Below are positions 1-14,127 of a stretch of DNA of 64,000 nt, in pieces. The stretch comes from Eledone cirrhosa. Its lineage: Eukaryota. Numbering within the stretch: the stretch's first letter is position 1; each line of letters begins with the position of its first letter. The notes under the pieces were generated by a model. That model worked only from the letters and a program-made list of their open reading frames with translations, had not been told where the DNA came from and ran no database searches. The stretch spans positions 7,378,001 through 7,442,000 of the forward strand of contig OZ024756.1 in NCBI GenBank assembly GCA_964016885.1, written 5' to 3'. Made by a program: the position numbers and the translations under genes.

Positions 1-135
1 TTAACGTTTCAGACGCTAGTCCTTCATCAGAAGAAAGAATGAGAAATAAAATAGATTGAGGGGACGGGCGGGATGAAATTGGAAAACATGTCTTTAGATA
101 AAAATAACAGCTCCATTCATGTTGACATCTCTTGT
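1..135 (-). mobile_element. Penelope-like pseudo-LTR fragment (family P3) with minimal hammerhead motif, cut by window edge
   Basis: Reverse strand reads TCTT-CTGATGA-A-GGAC-TAGC-GTCT-GAAAC-GTTAA; homologous to 49710-49845 (+), which lies downstream of a GIY-YIG remnant, and to 61310-61445 (-). Confidence 0.75.
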
Positions 136-164
136 ATATATATTATATACAAACGTTTGAAATA

Positions 165-340
165 TGCCTTGCAGTATTTAGTTACGGACATTTACGATCT
201 GAGTTCGAATTCTCCTGTGGTCAAGTGTGGCCTTTTATCCTTCTGGGATCAATAAAATAATCTACCTTTCACATACTGGGTCGAAGTAACCGACTCCCCC
301 ACCCCACAGGAATTGCTGGCCTTGTGCTTAAATTAGACAT
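165..340 (+). mobile_element. Diverged tRNA-derived SINE (family A)
   Basis: B-box-like GAGTTCGAAT, central GCCTTTTATCC...AATAAAATAA and tail TTGCTGGCCTTGTGC match the other family A copies. Confidence 0.65.
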
Positions 341-362
341 GATAATGACCATTTGCATTGTG

Positions 363-407
<45 letters not shown>

Positions 408-824
408 GATGAAGTATGTGTGTCTGTGTAGTTATATATATAGCTGTGTGAACGTGTGTGTGTGTGTGATAATTAAGTGTGATAACTCGCAGAAGAGACA
501 GTCAATTGAGTACCTGGTAATAAACAGTAAGGTAGATGACTTTAATTAAGTTACTATCGTTGCCATGTGAACATGACAGCTCTATTACTAATGTAGCTGT
601 CGTCTCCAATAACACAGAAACCTGTCTATAGCTGTCACCGTGACTGCTGACAAACATCAGTTTTCCCTGAGCATGAAAATTCAATATTTTATGAATTTCA
701 TTCTTATTCTCTTCAGTTTATTCCTTCATTTCTTCGGGGGTCCCTCACGATTCCCTTTACTTTTTTTTTTTTTTTTTTTTTTACATTTCAAATTACAATT
801 CATTTAGAAATTTTTTTCTGAACG

Positions 825-3800
825 TCACTCTGTACATAAGATTACCTCCACCCTGGAGACCCTCACTCTGTACATAAGATTACCTCCACCCTGGAGACAC
901 TCACTCTGTACATAAGATTACCTCCACCCTGGAGACTCTCACTCAGTACATAAGATTACCTTCACCCAGGAGACTCTTACTCTGTACATAAGATTACCTC
1001 CAGCCCGGAGACTCTCACTCTGTACATAAGATTACCTTCACCCAGGAGACTCTTACTCTGTACATAAGATTACCTCCACCCTGGAGACTCTCACTCTGTA
1101 CATAAGATTACCTCCAGCCCGGAGACTGTCACTCAGTACATAAGATTACCTCCACCCCGGAGACTGTCACTCAGTACATAAGATTACCTCCACCCCGGAG
1201 ACTCTCACTCAGTACATAAGATTACCTCCAGCCCGGAGACTCTCACTCTGTACATAAGATTACCTCCACCCCGGAGACTCTCACTCTGTACATAAGATTA
1301 CCTCCACCCCGGAGACTCTCACTCTGTACATAAGATTACCTCCACCCCGGAGACTCTCACTCAGTACATAAGATTACCTCCAGCCCGGAGACTCTCACTC
1401 TGTACATAAGATTACCTCCACCCCGGAGACTCTCACTCTGTACATAAGATTACCTCCACCCCGGAGACTCTCACTCAGTACATAAGATTACCTCCAGCCC
1501 GGAGACTCTCACTCTGTACATAAGATTACCTCCACCCCGGAGACTCTCACTCTGTACATAAGATTACCTCCACCCTGGAGACTCTTACTCTGTACATAAG
1601 ATTACCTCCACCCCGGAGACTCTCACTCTGTACATAAGATTACCTCCACCCCGGAGACTCTCACTCAGTACATAAGATTACCTTCAGCCCGGAGACTCTC
1701 ACTCAGTACATAAGATTACCTCCACCCTGGAGACTCTCACTCAGTACATAAGATTACCTCCACCCTGGAGACTCTTACTCTGTACATAAGATTACCTCCA
1801 CCCTGGAGACTCTCACTCAGTACATAAGATTACCTCCACCCTGGAGACTCTTACTCTGTACATAAGATTACCTCCACCCTGGAGACTCTTACTCTGTACA
1901 TAAGATTACCTCCACCCTGGAGACTCTCACTCAGTACATAAGATTACCTCCACCCTGGAGACTCTTACTCTGTACATAAGATTACCTCCACCCTGGAGAC
2001 TCTCACTCTGTACATAAGATTACCTCCACCCTGGAGACTCTTACTCTGTACATAAGATTACCTCCACCCTGGAGACTCTCACTCTGTACATAAGATTACC
2101 TCCACCCTGGAGACTCTTACTCTGTACATAAGATTACCTCCACCCTGGAGACTCTCACTCTGTACATAAGATTACCTTCACCCTGGAGACTCTCACTCTG
2201 TACATAAGATTACCTCCACCCTGGAGACTCTCACTCTGTACCTAAGATTACCTCCACCCTGGAGACTCTCACTCAGTACATAAGATTACCTCCACCCTGG
2301 AGACTCTCACTCTGTACATAAGATTACCTTCAGCCCGGAGACTCTCACTCTGTACCTAAGATTACCTCCACCCTGGAGACCCTCACTCTGTACCTAAGAT
2401 TACCTCCACCCTGGAGACCCTCACTCTGTACATAAGATTACCTCCACCCTGGAGACTCTCACTCTGTACCTAAGATTACCTCCACCCTGGAGACTCTCAC
2501 TCTGTACATAAGATTACCTCCACCCTGGAGACTCTCACTCTGTACATAAGATTACCTCCACCCTGGAGACTCTTACTCTGTACATAAGATTACCTCCACC
2601 CTGGAGACTCTCACTCTGTACCTAAGATTACCTCCACCCTGGAGACTCTCACTCTGTACCTAAGATTACCTCCACCCTGGAGACTCTTACTCTGTACATA
2701 AGATTACCTCCACCCTGGAGACTCTTACTCTGTACATAAGATTACCTCCACCCTGGAGACTCTTACTCTGTACATAAGATTACCTCCACCCTGGAGACTC
2801 TCACTCTGTACATAAGATTACCTCCACCCTGGAGACTCTTACTCTGTACATAAGATTACCTCCACCCTGGAGACTCTCACTCTGTACCTAAGATTACCTC
2901 CACCCTGGAGACTCTCACTCAGTACATAAGATTACCTCCACCCTGGAGACTCTCACTCTGTACATAAGATTACCTTCAGCCCGGAGACTCTCACTCTGTA
3001 CCTAAGATTACCTCCACCCTGGAGACCCTCACTCTGTACCTAAGATTACCTCCACCCTGGAGACTCTCACTCTGTACCTAAGATTACCTCCACCCTGGAG
3101 ACTCTTACTCTGTACATAAGATTACCTCCACCCTGGAGACTCTTACTCTGTACATAAGATTACCTCCACCCTGGAGACTCTTACTCTGTACATAAGATTA
3201 CCTCCACCCTGGAGACTCTCACTCTGTACATAAGATTACCTCCACCCTGGAGACTCTTACTCTGTACATAAGATTACCTCCACCCTGGAGACTCTCACTC
3301 TGTACCTAAGATTACCTCCACCCTGGAGACTCTCACTCAGTACATAAGATTACCTCCACCCTGGAGACTCTCACTCTGTACATAAGATTACCTTCAGCCC
3401 GGAGACTCTCACTCTGTACCTAAGATTACCTCCACCCTGGAGACCCTCACTCTGTACCTAAGATTACCTCCACCCTGGAGACCCTCACTCTGTACATAAG
3501 ATTACCTCCACCCTGGAGACTCTCACTCTGTACCTAAGATTACCTCCACCCTGGAGACTCTCACTCTGTACATAAGATTACCTCCACCCTGGAGACTCTC
3601 ACTCTGTACATAAGATTACCTCCACCCTGGAGACTCTTACTCTGTACATAAGATTACCTCCACCCTGGAGACTCTCACTCTGTACCTAAGATTACCTCCA
3701 CCCTGGAGACTCTCACTCTGTACCTAAGATTACCTCCACCCTGGAGACTCTTACTCTGTACATAAGATTACCTCCACCCTGGAGACTCTTACTCTGTACA

Positions 3801-6800
3801 TAAGATTACCTCCACCCTGGAGACTCTTACTCTGTACATAAGATTACCTCCACCCTGGAGACTCTCACTCTGTACATAAGATTACCTCCACCCTGGAGAC
3901 TCTTACTCTGTACATAAGATTACCTCCACCCTGGAGACTCTCACTCTGTACCTAAGATTACCTCCACCCTGGAGACTCTCACTCTGTACCTAAGATTACC
4001 TCCACCCTGGAGACTCTTACTCTGTACATAAGATTACCTCCACCCTGGAGACTCTTACTCTGTACATAAGATTACCTCCACCCTGGAGACTCTCACTCTG
4101 TACATAAGATTACCTTCAGCCCGGAGACTCTCACTCTGTACCTAAGATTACCTCCACCCTGGAGACTCTCACTCTGTACCTAAGATTACCTCCACCCTGG
4201 AGACTCTTACTCTGTACATAAGATTACCTCCACCCTGGAGACTCTTACTCTGTACATAAGATTACCTCCACCCTGGAGACTCTCACTCTGTACATAAGAT
4301 TACCTTCAGCCCGGAGACTCTCACTCTGTACCTAAGATTACCTCCACCCTGGAGACTCTCACTCTGTACCTAAGATTACCTCCACCCTGGAGACTCTCAC
4401 TCTGTACCTAAGATTACCTCCACCCTGGAGACTCTCACTCTGTACCTAAGATTACCTCCACCCTGGAGACTCTCACTCTGTACATAAGATTACCTCCACC
4501 CTGGAGACTCTTACTCTGTACATAAGATTACCTCCACCCTGGAGACTCTCACTCTGTACATAAGATTACCTTCAGCCCGGAGACTCTCACTCAGTACATA
4601 AGATTACCTCCACCCTGGAGACTCTTACTCTGTACATAAGATTACCTCCACCCTGGAGACTCTTACTCTGTACATAAGATTACCTTCAGCCCGGAGACTC
4701 TCACTCAGTACATAAGATTACCTCCACCCTGGAGACTCTTACTCTGTACATAAGATTACCTCCACCCTGGAGACTCTTACTCTGTACATAAGATTACCTT
4801 CAGCCCGGAGACTCTCACTCAGTACATAAGATTACCTTCAGCCCGGAGACTCTCACTCAGTACATAAGATTACCTCCACCCTGGAGACTCTTACTCTGTA
4901 CATAAGATTACCTCCACCCTGGAGACTCTTACTCTGTACATAAGATTACCTTCAGCCCGGAGACTCTCACTCAGTACATAAGATTACCTCCACCCTGGAG
5001 ACTCTTACTCTGTACATAAGATTACCTCCACCCTGGAGACTCTTACTCTGTACATAAGATTACCTTCAGCCCGGAGACTCTCACTCAGTACATAAGATTA
5101 CCTCCACCCTGGAGACTCTTACTCTGTACATAAGATTACCTCCACCCTGGAGACTCTTACTCTGTACATAAGATTACCTTCAGCCCGGAGACTCTCACTC
5201 TGTACATAAGATTACCTTCAGCCCGGAGACTCTCACTCAGTACATAAGATTACCTCCACCCTGGAGACTCTTACTCTGTACATAAGATTACCTCCACCCT
5301 GGAGACTCTTACTCTGTACATAAGATTACCTTCAGCCCGGAGACTCTCACTCAGTACATAAGATTACCTCCACCCCGGAGACCCTCACTCTGTACATAAG
5401 ATTACCTCCACCCTGGAGACTCTCACTCTGTACATAAGATTACCTCCACCCTGGAGACTCTCACTCAGTACATAAGATTACCTTCAGCCCGGAGACTCTC
5501 ACTCAGTACATAAGATTACCTCCACCCTGGAGACTCTCACTCAGTACATAAGATTACCTCCACCCTGGAGACTCTTACTCTGTACATAAGATTACCTCCA
5601 CCCTGGAGACTCTCACTCAGTACATAAGATTACCTCCACCCTGGAGACTCTTACTCTGTACATAAGATTACCTCCACCCTGGAGACTCGCACTCTGTACA
5701 TAAGATTACCTTCAGCCCGGAGACTCTCACTCTGTACATAAGATTACCTCCACCCTGGAGACTCTTACTCTGTACATAAGATTACCTCCACCCTGGAGAC
5801 TCTCACTCTGTACATAAGATTACCTCCACCCTGGAGACTCTCACTCAGTACATAAGATTACCTTCAGCCCGGAGACTCTCACTCAGTACATAAGATTACC
5901 TCCACCCTGGAGACTCTTACTCTGTACATAAGATTACCTCCACCCTGGAGACTCTCACTCAGTACATAAGATTACCTCCACCCTGGAGACTCTCACTCTG
6001 TACATAAGATTACCTCCACCCTGGAGACTCTCACTCTGTACATAAGATTACCTTCAGCCCGGAGACTCTCACTCTGTACATAAGATTACCTTCAGCCCGG
6101 AGACTCTCACTCTGTACATAAGATTACCTCCACCCTGGAGACTCTTACTCTGTACATAAGATTACCTCCACCCTGGAGACCCTCACTCAGTACATAAGAT
6201 TACCTCCACCCTGGAGACTCTCACTCTGTACATAAGATTACCTTCAGCCCGGAGACTCTCACTCTGTACATAAGATTACCTCCACCCTGGAGACTCTTAC
6301 TCTGTACATAAGATTACCTCCACCCTGGAGACTCTCACTCTGTACATAAGATTACCTCCACCCTGGAGACTCTCACTCTGTACATAAGATTACCTCCAGC
6401 CCGGAGACTCTCACTCAGTACATAAGATTACCTCCACCCTGGAGACTCTCACTCTGTACATAAGATTACCTCCACCCTGGAGACTCTCACTCTGTACATA
6501 AGATTACCTCCACCCTGGAGACTCTCACTCTGTACATAAGATTACCTCCACCCTGGAGACTCTCACTCTGTACATAAGATTACCTCCAGCCCGGAGACTC
6601 TCACTCAGTACATAAGATTACCTCCACCCTGGAGACTCTCACTCTGTACATAAGATTACCTCCACCCTGGAGACTCTCACTCTGTACATAAGATTACCTC
6701 CACCCTGGAGACTCTCACTCTGTACATAAGATTACCTCCACCCTGGAGACTCTCACTCTGTACATAAGATTACCTCCACCCTGGAGACTCTCACTCTGTA

Positions 6801-9800
6801 CATAAGATTACCTCCACCCCGGAGACTCTCACTCAGTACATAAGATTACCTCCAGCCCGGAGACTCTCACTCAGTACATAAGATTACCTCCACCCTGGAG
6901 ACTCTCACTCTGTACATAAGATTACCTCCACCCTGGAGACTCTCACTCTGTACATAAGATTACCTCCACCCTGGAGACTCTCACTCTGTACATAAGATTA
7001 CCTCCACCCCGGAGACTCTCACTCAGTACATAAGATTACCTCCAGCCCGGAGACTCTCACTCTGTACATAAGATTACCTCCACCCTGGAGACTCTCACTC
7101 TGTACATAAGATTACCTCCACCCTGGAGACTCTCACTCTGTACATAAGATTACCTTCAGCCCGGAGACTCTCACTCAGTACATAAGATTACCTCCACCCT
7201 GGAGACTCTCACTCTGTACATAAGATTACCTCCACCCTGGAGACTCTCACTCTGTACATAAGATTACCTTCAGCCCGGAGACTCTCACTCTGTACATAAG
7301 ATTACCTTCAGCCCGGAGACTCTCACTCTGTACATAAGATTACCTCCACCCTGGAGACTCTTACTCTGTACATAAGATTACCTCCACCCTGGAGACTCTC
7401 ACTCAGTACATAAGATTACCTCCACCCCGGAGACTCTCACTCTGTACATAAGATTACCTCCACCCTGGAGACTCTCACTCTGTACATAAGATTACCTTCA
7501 GCCCGGAGACTCTCACTCAGTACATAAGATTACCTCCACCCTGGAGACTCTCACTCTGTACATAAGATTACCTCCACCCTGGAGACTCTCACTCTGTACA
7601 TAAGATTACCTCCACCCTGGAGACTCTCACTCTGTACATAAGATTACCTCCACCCCGGAGACTCTCACTCTGTACATAAGATTACCTCCACCCCGGAGAC
7701 TCTCACTCAGTACATAAGATTACCTCCACCCCGGAGACTCTCACTCTGTACATAAGATTACCTCCACCCTGGAGACTGTCACTCAGTACATAAGATTACC
7801 TTCAGCCCGGAGACTCTCACTCAGTACATAAGATTACCTTCAGCCCGGAGACTCTCACTCAGTACATAAGATTACCTCCACCCTGGAGACTCTCACTCTG
7901 TACATAAGATTACCTCCACCCTGGAGACTCTCACTCTGTACATAAGATTACCTTCAGCCCGGAGACTCTCACTCTGTACATAAGATTACCTCCACCCTGG
8001 AGACTCTCACTCTGTACATAAGATTACCTCCACCCTGGAGACTCTCACTCTGTACATAAGATTACCTCCACCCTGGAGACTCTCACTCTGTACATAAGAT
8101 TACCTCCACCCTGGAGACTCTCACTCTGTACATAAGATTACCTCCACCCTGGAGACTCTCACTCTGTACATAAGATTACCTCCACCCTGGAGACTCTCAC
8201 TCTGTACATAAGATTACCTCCACCCTGGAGACTCTCACTCTGTACATAAGATTACCTCCACCCTGGAGACTCTCACTCTGTACATAAGATTACCTCCACC
8301 CTGGAGACTCTCACTCTGTACATAAGATTACCTCCACCCTGGAGACTCTCACTCTGTACATAAGATTACCTCCACCCTGGAGACTCTCACTCAGTACATA
8401 AGATTACCTTCAGCCCGGAGACTCTCACTCAGTACATAAGATTACCTTCAGCCCGGAGACTCTCACTCAGTACATAAGATTACCTCCACCCTGGAGACTC
8501 TCACTCAGTACATAAGATTACCTCCACCCTGGAGACTCTCACTCTGTACATAAGATTACCTCCACCCTGGAGACTCTCACTCTGTACATAAGATTACCTC
8601 CACCCTGGAGACTCTCACTCAGTACATAAGATTACCTCCACCCTGGAGACTCTCACTCTGTACATAAGATTACCTCCACCCTGGAGACTCTCACTCAGTA
8701 CATAAGATTACCTCCACCCTGGAGACTCTCACTCTGTACATAAGATTACCTCCACCCTGGAGACTCTCACTCAGTACATAAGATTACCTCCACCCTGGAG
8801 ACTCTCACTCAGTACATAAGATTACCTCCACCCTGGAGACTCTCACTCTGTACATAAGATTACCTCCACCCTGGAGACTCTCACTCAGTACATAAGATTA
8901 CCTCCACCCTGGAGACTCTCACTCAGTACATAAGATTACCTCCACCCTGGAGACTCTCACTCTGTACATAAGATTACCTCCACCCTGGAGACTCTCACTC
9001 TGTACATAAGATTACCTCCACCCTGGAGACTCTCACTCTGTACATAAGATTACCTCCACCCTGGAGACTCTCACTCTGTACATAAGATTACCTCCACCCT
9101 GGAGACTCTCACTCTGTACATAAGATTACCTCCACCCTGGAGACTCTCACTCTGTACATAAGATTACCTCCACCCTGGAGACTCTCACTCTGTACATAAG
9201 ATTACCTCCACCCTGGAGACTCTCACTCTGTACATAAGATTACCTCCACCCTGGAGACTCTCACTCAGTACATAAGATTACCTCCACCCTGGAGACTCTC
9301 ACTCTGTACATAAGATTACCTCCACCCTGGAGACTCTCACTCTGTACATAAGATTACCTCCACCCTGGAGACTCTCACTCAGTACATAAGATTACCTCCA
9401 CCCTGGAGACTCTCACTCTGTACATAAGATTACCTCCACCCTGGAGACTCTCACTCTGTACATAAGATTACCTCCACCCTGGAGACTCTCACTCTGTACA
9501 TAAGATTACCTCCACCCTGGAGACTCTCACTCTGTACATAAGATTACCTCCACCCTGGAGACTCTCACTCTGTACATAAGATTACCTCCACCCTGGAGAC
9601 TCTCACTCTGTACATAAGATTACCTCCAGCCCGGAGACTCTCACTCAGTACATAAGATTACCTCCACCCTGGAGACTCTCACTCTGTACATAAGATTACC
9701 TCCACCCTGGAGACTCTCACTCTGTACATAAGATTACCTCCACCCTGGAGACTCTCACTCTGTACATAAGATTACCTCCACCCTGGAGACTCTCACTCAG

Positions 9801-12258
9801 TACATAATATTACCTCCACCCCGGAGACTCTCACTCAGTACATAAGATTACCTCCAGCCCGGAGACTCTCACTCTGTACATAAGATTACCTCCAGCCCGG
9901 AGACTCTCACTCAGTACATAAGATTACCTCCACCCTGGAGACTCTCACTCTGTACATAAGATTACCTCCACCCTGGAGACTCTCACTCTGTACATAAGAT
10001 TACCTCCACCCTGGAGACTCTCACTCTGTACATAAGATTACCTCCAGCCCGGAGACTCTCACTCAGTACATAAGATTACCTCCACCCTGGAGACTCTCAC
10101 TCTGTACATAAGATTACCTCCACCCTGGAGACTCTCACTCTGTACATAAGATTACCTCCACCCTGGAGACTCTCACTCTGTACATAAGATTACCTCCAGC
10201 CCGGAGACTCTCACTCAGTACATAAGATTACCTCCACCCTGGAGACTCTCACTCAGTACATAAGATTACCTCCACCCTGGAGACTCTCACTCTGTACATA
10301 AGATTACCTCCACCCTGGAGACTCTCACTCTGTACATAAGATTACCTCCACCCTGGAGACTCTCACTCTGTACATAAGATTACCTCCAGCCCGGAGACTC
10401 TCACTCAGTACATAAGATTACCTCCAGCCCGGAGACTCTCACTCAGTACATAAGATTACCTCCACCCTGGAGACTCTCACTCTGTACATAAGATTACCTC
10501 CACCCTGGAGACTCTCACTCTGTACATAAGATTACCTTCACCCCGGAGACTCTTACTCTGTACATAAGATTACCTCCACCCTGGAGATTCTCACTCTGTA
10601 CATAAGATTACCTCCAGCCCGGAGACTCTTACTCTGTACATAAGATTACCTTCAGCCCGGAGACTCTCACTCTGTACATAAGATTACCTCCAGCCTGGAG
10701 ACTCTCACTCAGTACATAGGATTACCTCCACCCTGGAGACTCGTACTCTGTACATAAGATTACCTCCACCCTGGAGACTCTTACTCTGTACATAAGATTA
10801 CCTCCACCCTGGAGACTCTCACTCTGTACATAAGATTACCTTCACCCCGGAGACTCTTACTCTGTACATAAGATTACCTCCACCCTGGAGATTCTCACTC
10901 TGTACATAAGATTACCTCCACCCTGGAGACTCTTACTCTGTACATAAGATTACCTCCACCCAGGAGACTCTCACTCTGTACATAAGATTACCTCCACCCC
11001 GGAGACTCTTACTCTGTACATAAGATTACCTCCAGCCCGGAGACTCTCACTCTGTACATAAGATTACCTTCACCCAGGAGACTCTTACTCTGTACATAAG
11101 ATTACCTCCAGCCCGGAGACTCTCACTCTGTACATAAGATTACCTTCACCCAGGAGACTCTTACTCTGTACATAAGATTACCTCCAGCCCGGAGACTCTC
11201 ACTCTGTACATAAGATTACCTTCACCCAGGAGACTCTTACTCTGTACATAAGATTACCTCCAGCCCGGAGACTCTCACTCTGTACATAAGATTACCTTCA
11301 CCCAGGAGACTCTTACTCTGTACATAAGATTACCTCCAGCCCGGAGACTCTCACTCTGTACATAAGATTACCTTCACCCAGGAGACTCTTACTCTGTACA
11401 TAAGATTACCTCCAGCCCGGAGACTCTCACTCTGTACATAAGATTACCTTCACCCAGGAGACTCTTACTCTGTACATAAGATTACCTCCAGCCCGGAGAC
11501 TCTCACTCTGTACATAAGATTACCTTCACCCAGGAGACTCTTACTCTGTACATAAGATTACCTCCAGCCCGGAGACTCTCACTCTGTACATAAGATTACC
11601 TCCAGCCCGGAGACTCACTCTGTACATAATATTACCTCCACCCCGGAGACTCTCACTCTGTACATAAGATTACCTCCACCCCGGAGACTCTCACTCTGTA
11701 CATAAGATTACCTCCAGCCCGGAGACTGTCACTCTGTACATAAGATTACCTCCACCCTGGAGATTCTCACTCTGTACATAAGATTACCTCCACCCCGCAG
11801 ACTCTCACTCTGTACATAAGATTACCTCCAGCCCGGAGACTGTCACTCAGTACATAATATTACCTCCACCCCGGAGACTCTCACTCTGTACATAAGATTA
11901 CCTCCACCCCGGAGACTCTCACTCTGTACATAAGATTACCTCCAGCCCGGAGACTCTCACTCAGTACATAAGATTACCTCCACCCTGGAGACTCTCACTC
12001 TGTACATAAGATTACCTCCAGCCCGGAGACTGTCACTCTGTACATAATATTACCTCCACCCCGGAGACTCTCACTCTGTACATAAGATTACCTCCACCCC
12101 GGAGACTGTCACTCTGTACATAATATTACCTCCACCCCGGAGACTCTCACTCTGTACATAAGATTACCTCCAGCCCGGAGACTGTCACTCAGTACATAAG
12201 ATTACCTCCAGCCCGGAGACTCTCACTGTACATAAGATTACCTCCAGATCGGACACTC
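825..12258. repeat. 38-bp tandem satellite, about 300 copies
   Basis: Unit TCACTCTGTACATAAGATTACCTCCACCCTGGAGACTC repeated head-to-tail (e.g. 901, 939) with a few recurring variants and no spacers. Confidence 0.98.
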
Positions 12259-12274
12259 AATAGACTGGGGCTTC

Positions 12275-12517
12275 TCAAGGTTTCCCTGGCATTAAGCGAC
12301 TGAGAGTACAATACTCACCCCCTCCCCCCTCAACAAGATGCCAGTCTATCGCAAGGTTAAACCTCCAACTATTACTGTTACACATTTTCAGCTCAGTATA
12401 CTGGAGCAACGTGAAATGAAGTGTTTTGCTCAAGAACACAACACACAACCCAACCCAGGCATCGAACACACAGCTTTATGACTAAGTTCAACAACCTTAC
12501 CACTAGGCCACGCGCCT
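12275..12517 (-). mobile_element. tRNA-derived CORE-like SINE (family B)
   Basis: Reverse strand: AGGCGCGTGGCCTAGTGGTAAGG head, GTTCGAT B box, then TGTGTTGTGTTCTTGAGCAAAACACTTCATTTCACGTTGCTCCAGT; similar to 32150-32482. Confidence 0.7.
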
Positions 12518-13039
12518 CTACTCGGTACACCAACACCTGAATTCTCTAAATACTTGTCATTTGTACATTATTATACAAACTACACTGGCGAATATTCTTA
12601 ACAGCTCCTTTTCTACTTGAAAAAACCTGTCAACTGATCAAAGAAGGCTTGAGAACTTTGTGCTTTGCTGATGAGTGTGAATGAGGCCGAAACGTGTCCG
12701 ATATCTGTCACTTTGCACGCTAACAAAGATACGATTTTTTTTTCCCTCTAAACTTCAAAATTCAATATTTTGTAAAATTAATTCTTAATTACCTGCAATT
12801 AACTCTTCTTTCAAAGAATCCCTGAAAGATGGAAGTCGCTTTTTCTTTTTTTTCTGAAACTAAAAGGAAATTTCAATTCATTAAGATTGTTTTGTTGTTT
12901 TACGTTCGTTTGTCAGTACACCTCAATTTAATTCCAATAATTAATATCATGTCATTAAGCCATTTGAGTAATTCTCATTAGCGCCCTTTTCCGTATTATG
13001 CAAATTATTCTTACCAAAATTATTTGTCACATCCTAAAT

Positions 13040-13262
13040 GGCGGTGGATTGGCAGTATCGGTAGAGCATCTCACACCATGTTTCATGGCATAGAGTTATG
13101 GCCCTTTACGTTCTGAGTTCAAATCCCGCTGAGGTTAGCTTTGCCTTTCATCCTTACGGGATCGATAAAATAAAGTACCAGTAATGCACTGAGGTCGATT
13201 TAATCGATTCTCCCCTCCCCGCCAAAATTGTTAGTCTTGTGTCTAAATCAGAAACCATTATT
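13040..13262 (+). mobile_element. tRNA-derived SINE family A, full length
   Basis: GGCGGTGGATTGGCAGTATCGGTAGA (A box), GAGTTCAAATCCC (B box), GCCTTTCATCCTTACGGG..TCGATAAAATAAAGTACCAG core; TTATTTGTCACA occurs on both sides. Confidence 0.85.
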
Positions 13263-13277
13263 TGTCACACTGGCAGG

Positions 13278-13468
13278 GGCGGTGAATTGGCAGTATCGGT
13301 AGAGGGTCGGACGCCATGCTTTCCAGCATAGTTACGTCCCTTTATGATCCGAGTTCAAATCCCACCGAGGTTAACTTTGCCTTTCATCCTTACGGGGTCG
13401 ATAAAATAAAGTACCAGTAATGCACTGGGATAATTGCTGGCCTTGTGCCTAAAGTAGAAACAATTATT
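13278..13468 (+). mobile_element. SINE family A, second tandem copy
   Basis: Same head, core and tail; TTATTTGTCACACT repeated before and after. Confidence 0.85.
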
Positions 13469-13897
13469 TGTCACACTCATTTTACAAAGAAAAGTAATAT
13501 CTACTGAATAAAACAGGTTTGCTAGCAGTGGTAACGTCATGCTTATCTAATGAGATTTAATATGGCTGAAACACATCCAAACCTGACATCTTGTCAATTA
13601 TAGCATGGCGTGTTATAGTCTACAACTTTCTTTATTTTAATATACTGAAATTATAGACTTTACATTAAGAGGATTGACTAAAACGTTCATAGACTCACCG
13701 AGATACTCACATAGAATGCCCAAATTAGATTTGAAAAATATTTCAAAATAGTCCATGGAAAGAAACAATGCAGTTATTAAGAAGAGTTGAAATGAATGCG
13801 TGCAAGATTTCAGAGGTCTAGCATCACTCCTTCATAGTCAGCTTATGAACTTTTCAGTCGACCCTCGTCTTTTGATAATCACTAGTAGTTGTCATTA

Positions 13898-14061
13898 CCG
13901 TATTTCCCGGCGCCTAAGACGCTTCGTCCTCGAGGACGTGCCCTAATTTTGACAACCAAAAATTTGAAAAAAATAAACAACCTTCGGCCTCCAGAACGCA
14001 TGGTAGATTTTTGAGACTTATTTTACGTAAAAAGTAGCGTTTTCGATGCCGGGAAATACGG
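13898..14061. mobile_element. 164-bp MITE of the Tc1/mariner superfamily (Tc2-like termini)
   Basis: Perfect TIR CCGTATTTCCCGGC / GCCGGGAAATACGG with TA on both sides. Confidence 0.8.
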
Positions 14062-14127
14062 TAACATTTTTATCCTCCAACTAAGAGATATCTTTCAATG
14101 ATTTAGACTTTCTTGTGTATGACATTT

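Noticed and set aside
825-12258. CRISPR-like 38-bp repeats
   Set aside because: Units are contiguous with no unique spacers, there are no cas genes, and the context is eukaryotic.
12668-12700. CTGATGA...GAAACGTGTC hammerhead-like motif
   Set aside because: Stem II does not pair; at most a decayed relic.
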